From Erysipelotrichaceae bacterium (GTDB lineage: Bacteria; Bacillota_I; Bacilli_A; Erysipelotrichales; Erysipelotrichaceae), in the NCBI GenBank assembly GCA_963676105.1, contig OY781039.1:480001-512000 (forward strand): a DNA stretch of 32,000 nucleotides, read 5' to 3'. Position numbers and translations under genes: made by a program. Below, piece after piece: positions 9,044 to 17,067 of the stretch (its first letter is position 1; each line of letters starts with the position of its first letter). The notes beneath the pieces were generated by a model, which was not told the origin of the DNA, did no database searches, and saw only the letters and a list, made by a program, of their open reading frames with translations.

Positions 9044-9643
9044 ATGGAAATAATAAAAATACCTGTAGGTACTTATCAAGCAAATTGTTATATTTTAAAA
9101 AAAGACAATGAAGTGGTATGTATTGATCCTGGTGCTAACTTTGAAAAAATTGATTCGAATATAAATGAAAATGACAAAGTTCTTGCCGTTCTTTTAACTC
9201 ATGGACACTTTGATCATATTGGGGCTGTTGATTCTTTTGTACAAAAGTATAATTGTCCAGTTTATGTATCAGAAGATGAAATTGATTTATTAAAAGATCC
9301 AGAAAAAAATTATGCTTTAAATAAGAAAACTAAGGTACTGTCGGATGTTCAAATATATGATGGACATCATATAAACTTAGGAAAGTTTTTATTTGAGATA
9401 CATGAAACACCTGGCCATACAGCGGGTGGAGTTTGTTTAGAATGTGATGGGCATTTATTCAGTGGTGATACCTTATTTAAGGGAAGTGTTGGACGCACAG
9501 ATCTTTATAGTTCAAATTATTCAGACTTAAAGCAATCATTAAAATATCTAAAAACACTCTCACCTGATTTACAAGTTCATCCTGGTCATGAAGCATCCAC
9601 AACTCTAGAAAAAGAACTTCAAACAAATCCATATCTTAGATAA
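9044..9643 (+). CDS. MBL-fold metallo-hydrolase (YqgX-like)
   Basis: 199 aa with the HxHxDH motif (LLTHGHFDHIG), later TPGHT and a C-terminal HPGH. The N-terminus NCYIL...IDPG is typical of the glyoxalase II-like family. Confidence 0.85.
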   Translation: MEIIKIPVGTYQANCYILKKDNEVVCIDPGANFEKIDSNINENDKVLAVLLTHGHFDHIGAVDSFVQKYNCPVYVSEDEIDLLKDPEKNYALNKKTKVLSDVQIYDGHHINLGKFLFEIHETPGHTAGGVCLECDGHLFSGDTLFKGSVGRTDLYSSNYSDLKQSLKYLKTLSPDLQVHPGHEASTTLEKELQTNPYLR

Positions 9644-9666
9644 CGCAAGAAATTGCGTTTTTATTT
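9642..9666 (+). terminator. Intrinsic terminator after the MBL hydrolase gene
   Basis: AACGCAA (9642-9648), loop GAAA, TTGCGTT (9653-9659), followed by TTTATTT. The stem starts inside the stop codon. Confidence 0.65.
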
Positions 9667-9699
9667 AGGACTTTTTACTTTTTTTACATATTAGAAGGT

Positions 9700-10581
9700 A
9701 TGAATCATTCATATAAATTACGATCACTTTTACAAAAAGCGTGTTTGTACAAAGCAAGTGATATTCATATCACGATTAGAAAAACTAATATAGAAATTGA
9801 ATTTAGAACCATCGATGCACAACTCATAAAATCTGAGTTACATCTTTCAAGTGCCTTTATTCAGTATTTAAAAATTAAGGCACATATTGACTTATTAAGC
9901 TCACTAAAACCTCAGACCGGGCAATTTGAAATAAAGATTGCTGAGCAAGTTTTATCGATTAGGATGGCTTATTTAAAAAACAAACAAATGGAATCTATTG
10001 TTTTAAGAATTTTAAATACACAAAGACATTTTGAGATAAAAGAACTGTTTGATTATAAAGACATGATCAAGATGCAAAATCTTCTACATAAAAAAGCGGG
10101 ATTAATTCTCATATCTGGAACAACTGGATCAGGAAAGACAACAACTCTCTATGCTTGTTTGGATTATTTAATGGATTTAAAAATCTATAGCATTGAAGAT
10201 CCCATTGAAATACTTAAAGAACATGTCGTACAAGTACAAATCAATAAGTTAGCTGATTTTAGTTTTGATGAAGCCATTAAACAAATTTTGAGGCATGATC
10301 CTAATGTGATTGTGATAGGGGAGATACGCTCAAGTGAAGAAGCATTAGCCGCTTTAACGTGTTCATTAAGTGGTCATTTAGTCATTTCTACGATTCATTC
10401 AAGTAGTGCAGAAATAACATTAAAACGCTTAATTGATTTAGGGTGTGATAAGGAGGTGCTTTATGATTCGATACTTGCAATTATTCATCAAGACTTACTC
10501 TACGATCCTCACAAAGACGAAAGAAAAGCTAAATATCATATCATTGAAAGAAATACTATCCATCAACTTATGGATCGATAG
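9700..10581 (+). CDS. comGA: Competence pseudopilus assembly ATPase ComGA (GspE/PilB family, short form)
   Basis: Walker A GTTGSGKTTT, Walker B/Asp box VIVIGEIR, His box GHLVISTIHS. First gene of a comG-type operon. Confidence 0.85.
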   Translation: MNHSYKLRSLLQKACLYKASDIHITIRKTNIEIEFRTIDAQLIKSELHLSSAFIQYLKIKAHIDLLSSLKPQTGQFEIKIAEQVLSIRMAYLKNKQMESIVLRILNTQRHFEIKELFDYKDMIKMQNLLHKKAGLILISGTTGSGKTTTLYACLDYLMDLKIYSIEDPIEILKEHVVQVQINKLADFSFDEAIKQILRHDPNVIVIGEIRSSEEALAALTCSLSGHLVISTIHSSSAEITLKRLIDLGCDKEVLYDSILAIIHQDLLYDPHKDERKAKYHIIERNTIHQLMDR

Positions 10582-11455
10582 TAATTTTATCAATGAATTA
10601 CTGAGTACAAACGCGAGTAGTCAAGAAATTTTGGATTTTATACAGATTGATTTAGCACATGAATCCTTTATACAAAAGAACTTTAAAAAAGAATTAAAGA
10701 TATTTAAACGTATACGGAAAGATTATGATTTATATGATGCATATCAAATTTGTTTTAACTATAAGCAAATGAGAGAACAATTTTTAAATCAATGGTTAAA
10801 ACCATTAATTTATCCAATCTTCCTCTATGTTTTAGCTTGGGTTTTAATGTGTACCTTAATTTGGTTTATGATTCCGCGTATTCAAGCGCAATTACCACAA
10901 ATTGAGCTTCAGTTTCCTAATGAGATCATTGTATTTACATTAGGCATACAAATTGGGTGTCTATTAATTTTTGTTTTAATAAAAATCTTTTTTAAAGATC
11001 AATATTATCGAAAAATATTGAATTTAAAAGTTTCATTAATTAATGTTCCTATTAAATTTTATCTTTCTTATTCCTTTTTAATTTCAACTGAAATTTATTT
11101 AGAAAAAGGAATACTATTGATCGATACAATCGACATTAATCGTTATCATCCTAATAAATTTTTAGGATTTTGTTTTAAAGAAACATATAAATATCTTAAA
11201 GAGGGTAATTCATTAACGGATAGTTTTACTTTATTTGATAAAAATTTAGTTTTACTTATCAGTAAAGATAAAACGACGTATAATGCAGAACAATTTAAAC
11301 ACTTAAAGATTTTATATGAAACTGTTTTGAATCGTTTCTTTAAACTGTTTAAACAAACAATACAATTACTTTCCTATTCAATGATTGGATTGCTTGTTTT
11401 GTTGAGTTATCAAGTGGTTTTATTGCCTCTAAGAATGATTGAGGAACTTCTATGA
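10463..11455 (+). CDS. comGB: Competence pseudopilus platform protein ComGB (GspF/PilC family)
   Basis: About 330 aa polytopic membrane protein following comGA. I place the start at ATG 10463 because AGGAGG (10451-10456) lies 6 nt upstream. The ORF track starts at GTG 10445. Confidence 0.78.
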   Translation: MIRYLQLFIKTYSTILTKTKEKLNIISLKEILSINLWIDSNFINELLSTNASSQEILDFIQIDLAHESFIQKNFKKELKIFKRIRKDYDLYDAYQICFNYKQMREQFLNQWLKPLIYPIFLYVLAWVLMCTLIWFMIPRIQAQLPQIELQFPNEIIVFTLGIQIGCLLIFVLIKIFFKDQYYRKILNLKVSLINVPIKFYLSYSFLISTEIYLEKGILLIDTIDINRYHPNKFLGFCFKETYKYLKEGNSLTDSFTLFDKNLVLLISKDKTTYNAEQFKHLKILYETVLNRFFKLFKQTIQLLSYSMIGLLVLLSYQVVLLPLRMIEELL

Positions 11456-11745
11456 AAAAAGGATTTACATTATTAGAAATGGTTTTTGTATTGACTGTCA
11501 TATCTATTATTTTTTTACTAACGATTCCAAATATTCAAAAAGTATTAGATATTGCGAATGATAAAGCATGTGATGCACAATTAAAAGTGGTAGATTCTGC
11601 CATACTTCAATATCGATTAATTTATGATGAAGAAGCAACATCTATTCTAGATTTAATTAATGAGGGATTAATTACTGAAAGTCAAAGTGAATGTGCCAAT
11701 CACAAGACGATTGACATATCTAATGGAGTTTCTTATGTCAACTAA
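11452..11745 (+). CDS. comGC: Major competence pseudopilin ComGC
   Basis: Class III prepilin leader MKKG|FTLLEM (Gly -1, Phe +1, Glu +5), a hydrophobic helix, and two Cys in the globular part. The ATGA overlaps the comGB stop. Confidence 0.85.
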   Translation: MKKGFTLLEMVFVLTVISIIFLLTIPNIQKVLDIANDKACDAQLKVVDSAILQYRLIYDEEATSILDLINEGLITESQSECANHKTIDISNGVSYVN

Positions 11746-12061
11746 AGGTTTTACACTTGTTGAATTACTTTTAGTTCTTTTTATCACAAGTTTAAGTTTA
11801 TTGCTTGCGCCAAATATTAAAGAAATTAATCCACGTATTGATGTAGAACTCTTTGAATCTGAAGTGATTAATCATCAATTTATGGCAATCTTAACTCATA
11901 AAGAAACAGAAGTTAATAGCCATACATTAAGTCCTTATCCGATACGATTTTCAGCTTTAGGTAATGTGCACTTTGCACAAACCATCGATTTTTATAACAC
12001 AAAACTAACGATGAGTCTTGGTCCAGGTCGTATTTATGAAAAAAGCGAATATCTTGATTGA
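11735..12061 (+). CDS. comGD: Minor pseudopilin ComGD
   Basis: MSTKG|FTLVELLLVLF prepilin leader. GGAG lies 6 nt upstream of ATG 11735. The track start at 11687 would add 16 non-pilin residues. Confidence 0.65.
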   Translation: MSTKGFTLVELLLVLFITSLSLLLAPNIKEINPRIDVELFESEVINHQFMAILTHKETEVNSHTLSPYPIRFSALGNVHFAQTIDFYNTKLTMSLGPGRIYEKSEYLD

Positions 12062-12215
12062 ATCACTATTAGCTTTGTCACTTTTAGTCATTGTGACTTT
12101 ATATTTAAGTCAATTGTCCACACTTGATATTAATCATATTGAAATCAATGATCCTTTTAATGAATTATCTAAGGAATGTTCAATCACATGTTCTCTAAAA
12201 AAGCTTATACCTTAA
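12036..12215 (+). CDS. comGE: Minor pseudopilin ComGE-like (59 aa)
   Basis: MKKA|NILIESLLALSLL is a prepilin-like leader with Glu +5 but Ala at -1. Assigned by position in the operon and size. Start chosen at ATG 12036. Confidence 0.45.
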   Translation: MKKANILIESLLALSLLVIVTLYLSQLSTLDINHIEINDPFNELSKECSITCSLKKLIP

Positions 12216-12580
12216 TTGAAGTTAGTATAGCCTTATTTATATTAAATCTCTCACTAGTCATATGGTTAAACATTTTTAAGTCACTATCTTTTTTTGATTC
12301 AAAAATCGTTGAACGTCAAAATACGATTGGTTTAATTCAATTAAGACGTATGTTATCAATTGGTAAAGATTTTGAAATAGAAGGGTTTGAGTTATGTATG
12401 AATTTTAGAGACAGAGAAACCTGTTTTTATGAAACCAATAATCATCTTATTCAAACACCTGGTACACAAATTTATTTAATCGAAGTAAGTGATGTATCTT
12501 TTTATGAACAAGATGATATTTTTTATATGAACTATTATCAAAATGATCATTACATAGAAACTGTCATCGGGTATCGATGA
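12176..12580 (+). CDS. comGF: Minor pseudopilin ComGF-like
   Basis: (MFNH)MFSKKA|YTLIEVSIALFIL is a prepilin-like leader with Glu +5 and Ala -1. Alternative start at ATG 12188. Assigned by operon position. Confidence 0.55.
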   Translation: MFNHMFSKKAYTLIEVSIALFILNLSLVIWLNIFKSLSFFDSKIVERQNTIGLIQLRRMLSIGKDFEIEGFELCMNFRDRETCFYETNNHLIQTPGTQIYLIEVSDVSFYEQDDIFYMNYYQNDHYIETVIGYR

Positions 12581-12948
12581 TGTTAATCCTGTTTTTAATG
12601 TATTTTGTATTATTTTTAGATATTAATTCAAAACAAATGATTGTTTTAATGCACATGAACATTGAACAAAAATATTTAAATGAACTATATCGATTTTCAT
12701 TTATCGAATCAGATGTTTGTCATCAAATTATTAAATATTATGATGATTATGAATTAAGAGATTTTACTCTAAACTATGAAGAAGGGGATGTGAGCATCAA
12801 AATGATCGATGAAACTGCGTTAATTCATTATCAATTTGAAAAGGATATTTATGCCATCCTAAGTTATGATTTAGTCTTTGATAGCGCAACAGATTATGAA
12901 ATAGTTGACTTTGAAATTTATAATGCGATTGACAAGTTTGAGGATTAG
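12577..12948 (+). CDS. comGG: ComGG-like last gene of the comG operon
   Basis: 123 aa with a hydrophobic N-terminus (MMLILFLMYFVLFL). The ATGA overlaps the comGF stop. Called by position only; I recognise no motif. Confidence 0.4.
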   Translation: MMLILFLMYFVLFLDINSKQMIVLMHMNIEQKYLNELYRFSFIESDVCHQIIKYYDDYELRDFTLNYEEGDVSIKMIDETALIHYQFEKDIYAILSYDLVFDSATDYEIVDFEIYNAIDKFED

Positions 12949-12981
12949 ACTAAAATAAAAAAGGATTTAAAGGAGAAAAAA

Positions 12982-13539
12982 ATGCTAACGTCAAATGATT
13001 TAAGACCGGGAACAACCATAGAATACGAAAATAATATCTATGTTGTATTAGATACCCAACATAACAAAACAGCAATGCGCCAAATGATTATTAAAGTTAA
13101 AGTTCGTAACTTAAGATCTGGAGCAATTGTTGAATTAAACTTTACAGGTGGAGATAAAGTTGAACAAGCACATATTGATAAGAAAGAAATGCAATATCTT
13201 TATGATACAGGTGATGCTTTAGCTTTCATGGATACTACAACATACGATCAAATCGAAGTTCAAAAAACGAATATCGAATGGGAAATGAATTTCATGAAAC
13301 CTAATGATTTAGTGAATATCACTTCATTTGAAGGTGAAATTTTAGGTTTGATTTTACCTGACAAAGTAACTTTACAAGTTGTTGAAGCAGAACCAGCTGT
13401 AAAAGGTGATACTGCGACAAATGCACAGAAGAATGCTGTTTTAGAAACAGGATTACAAATTCGAGTTCCACTATTCATTGAACAAGACGAAATGATTACA
13501 GTAAGCACATCAGATGGTAAATACGCTGGTCGCGCATAA
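12982..13539 (+). CDS. efp: Translation elongation factor P (atypical loop)
   Basis: 185 aa, full-length collinear with B. subtilis EF-P as I recall it (SNDLRPGTTIEYENNIY..., ...VVEAEPAVKGDTA..., ...TSDGKYAGRA). SD AAAGGAG. Confidence 0.95.
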   Translation: MLTSNDLRPGTTIEYENNIYVVLDTQHNKTAMRQMIIKVKVRNLRSGAIVELNFTGGDKVEQAHIDKKEMQYLYDTGDALAFMDTTTYDQIEVQKTNIEWEMNFMKPNDLVNITSFEGEILGLILPDKVTLQVVEAEPAVKGDTATNAQKNAVLETGLQIRVPLFIEQDEMITVSTSDGKYAGRA

Positions 13540-13554
13540 TCTAGTTGTAATTGC

Positions 13555-13583
13555 TTGACATTCATTTCACAATCTATTATATT
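13555..13583 (+). promoter_or_regulatory. Sigma-A type promoter driving the FMN riboswitch-ribU transcript
   Basis: TTGACA (13555-13560), 17-nt spacer, TATATT (13578-13583). Confidence 0.55.
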
Positions 13584-13589
13584 TAAAAC

Positions 13590-13702
13590 GTACTTCAGGG
13601 CAGGGTGAAATTCCCGACCGGCGGTAAACCCCGCGAACTAAAGCAATTTGGTTGATCTGGTGAAATTCCAGGGGCGACAGTAAAGTCTGGATGGAAGAAG
13701 GA
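13590..13702 (+). promoter_or_regulatory. FMN riboswitch (RFN element) aptamer
   Basis: CUUCAGGGCAGGGUGAAAUUCCCGACCGGCGGUAAACCCCGCGA...GGUUGAUCUGGUGAAAUUCCAGGGGCGACAGUAAAGUCUGGAUGGAAGAAG matches the conserved RFN core almost position for position. It lies upstream of a riboflavin transporter gene. Confidence 0.92.
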
Positions 13703-13723
13703 AAATCTTTTTTCTTTACGCAT

Positions 13724-13750
13724 AACCCAAGAAGTACCTTGGGTTTTTTT
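13724..13750 (+). terminator. Riboswitch expression-platform terminator
   Basis: AACCCAAG (13724-13731), loop AAGTAC, CTTGGGTT (13738-13745), then TTTTT. Confidence 0.8.
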
Positions 13751-13770
13751 ATGAATAGGAGGAAAATGAC

Positions 13771-14316
13771 ATGAAAAACACCAAACAGTTATCCTTAATT
13801 GGAATTATGACGTCTTTAGCATTTGTTTTGTATTTAATAGAAATCCCTATGGCCTTTCTATTTCCAGCAGCACCATTTCTAAAAATGGATTTCTCAGATG
13901 TGCCTGCGATTCTTTTAGCTTTATCTCAAGGGCCATTTGTAGGTATCCTAGTTGAACTTTTTAAAAACGTTCTTCACTTTATTTTTAGATCAAATACACC
14001 AGCTGCTTCAGGTGAGATTGCTAACTTCTTTGCAGGTGTTGCATACTTCTTGCCTTATGCGATTTTCTACAAATACAACAAGTCAAAAGCAAGTATGAAA
14101 GATTTATTCATTTACTTATCAATCGGAACAGTTTTATTAGCATTGGTAATGGTTGCGGTTAATTACTTCATTACGTTGCCTTTATATGGCATTCCAGTTG
14201 ATCAACGTTGGGGATTTATTGAAGCAATTACACCATTTAATATTCTTAAAGGTGTGCTACTCATGATCTCTACAGCACTTTTATACCCACGTTTAAAGAA
14301 ATTTTTAAACGCTTAG
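13771..14316 (+). CDS. ribU: Riboflavin transporter RibU (ECF S component)
   Basis: 181 aa, about 5-6 TM segments, with an MDFSDVPAIL motif like known RibU proteins. Directly controlled by the FMN riboswitch. SD AGGAGG at 13757-13762. Confidence 0.85.
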   Translation: MKNTKQLSLIGIMTSLAFVLYLIEIPMAFLFPAAPFLKMDFSDVPAILLALSQGPFVGILVELFKNVLHFIFRSNTPAASGEIANFFAGVAYFLPYAIFYKYNKSKASMKDLFIYLSIGTVLLALVMVAVNYFITLPLYGIPVDQRWGFIEAITPFNILKGVLLMISTALLYPRLKKFLNA

Positions 14317-14341
14317 TTTAAGCTATTAAATTTCTAAGCTA

Positions 14342-14350
14342 TGCTATAAT
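14342..14350 (+). promoter_or_regulatory. Extended -10 (TGcTATAAT) for the orphan-cmk-der-gpsA unit
   Basis: TGCTATAAT, then 15 nt containing SD GAGGT, then ATG 14366. Confidence 0.45.
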
Positions 14351-14365
14351 ACACTCGAGGTATTT

Positions 14366-15100
14366 ATGGACGAATTATCAAGAGTTAAAAAGTATCAAGA
14401 ACTTAGAAATGAAGTAGAAAACGATCCAGAAAAAGAGTTGGTTTCGCCAGCTCTTTCTTCATATGCAGAACGTTTAAATAAAGTACATCCACATCTTTCA
14501 AAAGTACAAGCGAAACAAGGTCAAAGTGGTTATGAAGCGATTCACAAAAAACGCTTAGATTCTTTTGATTCCATGGAAGAAACAGATAATCTAGCCCATG
14601 ATTTTAACGATGATTATATGTCTGAGTTTTTATCTGAAGTCAAAGCTTATAATATCGAAAAAGGATATCGAAAAAACGAAGATACATCTAAAGATATTTT
14701 AAGACCGTTAAAATCTGAAGATGATTTATTAAAAGAACTTGCTAAGAAGCAAGTTGAAGACGTTTCTAATGTTACAGAAAATGCTGTACAAGAGTCACTG
14801 GATATTACACTTGAAGAAGACCAAGATGCCATTCGAAAATTAATTGAGAATGATTTTGAGGATATTGACTTAGAAGATGATATAAATCAGACACAATCTA
14901 ACACTGATATTCAACAAGTGGTCGAAGAAACACAGAAATTAAAACTTCAAATCTCTGAATATGAAAAGGGATTAATCGATATGAATAACTCTGTCTTATC
15001 TTCTAATCGATTAATCAATTTCTTAATTTTTGTTTTAGTTTTAGTTTTAATGATTATGTTAGGTATTGCCATTTATTGGGTTTTAAATAATGCGAATTAA
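14366..15100 (+). CDS. Hypothetical acidic protein with a single C-terminal TM segment (tail-anchored)
   Basis: 244 aa and Asp/Glu-rich. C-terminal LINFLIFVLVLVLMIMLGIAIYWVL. Has its own promoter and SD. Its 3' end overlaps cmk by 11 nt. I recognise no family. Confidence 0.6.
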   Translation: MDELSRVKKYQELRNEVENDPEKELVSPALSSYAERLNKVHPHLSKVQAKQGQSGYEAIHKKRLDSFDSMEETDNLAHDFNDDYMSEFLSEVKAYNIEKGYRKNEDTSKDILRPLKSEDDLLKELAKKQVEDVSNVTENAVQESLDITLEEDQDAIRKLIENDFEDIDLEDDINQTQSNTDIQQVVEETQKLKLQISEYEKGLIDMNNSVLSSNRLINFLIFVLVLVLMIMLGIAIYWVLNNAN

Positions 15101-15758
15101 TATTGCGATAGATGGACCAAGTGCTTCAGGTAAAAGTACATTGGCCAAAGCGCTTGCGAAACGTCTTGATTATACACATATAGATACTGGTGCTATGTAT
15201 CGTGCCTGTGCTTTAATTGCGCAAGAAAATAAAATTGATATTCTAGATGAAGAAGCTTTATTAAATAAAATTAAAACAATTAAGATGAGTTTTAATCATT
15301 TAGGTCATATTACTTTAGATGGCAATGATGTAAATGAACTTATTCGTACCAAAACAATTGATATATTAACCTCCAAAGTTTCAACACTCGCTAAGGTTCG
15401 TGCAAAAATGGTTGAAATTCAACAAGCGATTGCGAAAGACAAAGGTTTTGTCTTAGATGGGCGTGATATTGGATCAGTTGTTTTACCAGATGCAGAAATC
15501 AAAGTTTTTCAAACGGCAAGTATTGAAGCAAGAGCGCAAAGACGTTATGCTGAATACCTTAAAAAAGGTCAAGAAGTTGACTTGGATGAAATTAGAAAAG
15601 ATATTGCTGAAAGAGATGCAAGAGATCAAGAAAGATCTACATCTCCTTTAGTTAAAACAAAAGATGCAATTGATTTAGACACATCAGATTTAAGTATTGA
15701 TGAAATGGTTGAAATCATTTATAAGCATGTTTTAGATTTAGAAAGGAAATCCCTATGA
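15090..15758 (+). CDS. cmk: Cytidylate kinase
   Basis: P-loop [13 protein letters not shown] and YLDTGAMYR-like [10 protein letters not shown], typical of Cmk. Confidence 0.93.
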   Translation: MRINIAIDGPSASGKSTLAKALAKRLDYTHIDTGAMYRACALIAQENKIDILDEEALLNKIKTIKMSFNHLGHITLDGNDVNELIRTKTIDILTSKVSTLAKVRAKMVEIQQAIAKDKGFVLDGRDIGSVVLPDAEIKVFQTASIEARAQRRYAEYLKKGQEVDLDEIRKDIAERDARDQERSTSPLVKTKDAIDLDTSDLSIDEMVEIIYKHVLDLERKSL

Positions 15759-17065
15759 TTGATGGAGTAGTCGCAATTGTTGGAAGACCAAACGTTGGCA
15801 AATCAACGCTTTTTAATCGTATTGTTGGGGAAAGAATTTCGATTGTTGAAGATACACCTGGTGTTACAAGAGATAGAATCTACGCTAAAGCAAATTGGTT
15901 AACAAAAGATTTTAGAGTGATAGATACAGGTGGTTTACAACTTGAGGATCAAAGTTTTGCAGACGAAATCGCTATGCAGGTTGAAGTCGCAATTGAAGAA
16001 GCGGATGTTATTGTGTTTGTGGTTAGTGGTCGTGAAGGTATGACTAATGATGATCGAATGATCGCAAAAATGTTACATAAAACACAAAAACCTGTTTTAT
16101 TAGCCGTGAATAAAACTGATAATCAAGAACAAATTGTTAATAGTTATGAGTTTTATGGTTTAGGTTTTGATGATTTAATTACAGTTTCTTCCGTACATGG
16201 TATTGGAGTAGGGGACTTACTTGATAAAGTTATTGAGAACTTTCCTCAAAAAACTAAAAAAGACTATGAAGGTAGTATTCGTTTTTCTGTTATTGGACGG
16301 CCTAATGTTGGAAAATCTTCCATTGTAAATGCAATGTTAAATCAAGAGCGTGTTATCGTTTCTGATATTGAAGGTACAACTCGAGATGCGATAGATACGG
16401 TTTTTAAAGTCGATGGTCAAGATTATGTCATTATTGATACTGCAGGTATCCGTAAACGCGGAAAAGTTTACGAAAACATCGAAAAATACAGCGTTCTAAG
16501 AGCTTTACAAGCGATAGAGCGTAGTGATGTGGTTTTATTTGTCATTGATGGTGAAAGTGGTATACGAGACCAAGACAAGCATGTTGCAGGTTATGCTTAT
16601 GAAGCAGGTAAACCAATTATCATCCTTTATAACAAGTGGGATACGGTTGATAAAGATCAAGATAGCGCTGCACAGGTGACTAAATTGATTAGAAAACAAT
16701 TTGTTTATTTAAGTTTTGCACCTATTTTATTTACATCTGCAAAAACTAAACAGCGTTTAACTCAAATATTACCATTGGTTAAAGAAGTTTATGATTATTC
16801 ACAGATGCGTATTAAAACAAGTGTTCTTAATGAAGTTATTAATGACGCAATACGAATTACACCACCACCAACACATAATGGACAACGTTTGAATATTTTA
16901 TATGGCTCACAAGTCTCTGTTGCGCCACCAACCTTTATTTTGTTTGTGAATGATGTAAATTTACTTCACTTCTCATATAAGAGATATATTGAAAATCGAT
17001 TACGAGAAGCTTTTGGCTTCGATGGTACTCCGATTAGAATACTTTCTAGAACTAAAGAGGTATAA
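15755..17065 (+). CDS. der: Ribosome-associated GTPase Der (EngA)
   Basis: Two tandem GTPase domains ([12 protein letters not shown] and [12 protein letters not shown]; DTGG/DTAG; NKTD/NKWD) plus a C-terminal KH-like domain. ATGA overlap with cmk. Confidence 0.95.
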   Translation: MIDGVVAIVGRPNVGKSTLFNRIVGERISIVEDTPGVTRDRIYAKANWLTKDFRVIDTGGLQLEDQSFADEIAMQVEVAIEEADVIVFVVSGREGMTNDDRMIAKMLHKTQKPVLLAVNKTDNQEQIVNSYEFYGLGFDDLITVSSVHGIGVGDLLDKVIENFPQKTKKDYEGSIRFSVIGRPNVGKSSIVNAMLNQERVIVSDIEGTTRDAIDTVFKVDGQDYVIIDTAGIRKRGKVYENIEKYSVLRALQAIERSDVVLFVIDGESGIRDQDKHVAGYAYEAGKPIIILYNKWDTVDKDQDSAAQVTKLIRKQFVYLSFAPILFTSAKTKQRLTQILPLVKEVYDYSQMRIKTSVLNEVINDAIRITPPPTHNGQRLNILYGSQVSVAPPTFILFVNDVNLLHFSYKRYIENRLREAFGFDGTPIRILSRTKEV

Positions 17066-17067
17066 AC

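Noticed and set aside
9649-9662. AAA-N5-TTTT motif upstream of comGA as a possible ComK box
   Set aside because: It is simply the loop and 3' arm plus T-run of the MBL-gene terminator. No second AT-box is visible at a helical-repeat distance.
10445-10462. GTG 10445 as the comGB start (ORF-track start)
   Set aside because: The AGGAGG at 10451-10456 would then be inside the gene. It is ideally spaced for ATG 10463.
13260-13565. 101-aa ORF antisense to efp
   Set aside because: It is a shadow of the efp coding frame with no SD and no recognisable motif, and its 5' end would lie in the ribU promoter region.
14647-14832. 61-aa antisense ORF inside the acidic orphan gene
   Set aside because: It is the Ser-rich complement of a Glu/Asp-rich coding region, so it is a shadow ORF.
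15457-15651. 64-aa alternative-frame ORF inside cmk
   Set aside because: It is embedded in a confidently called gene, with no start context.
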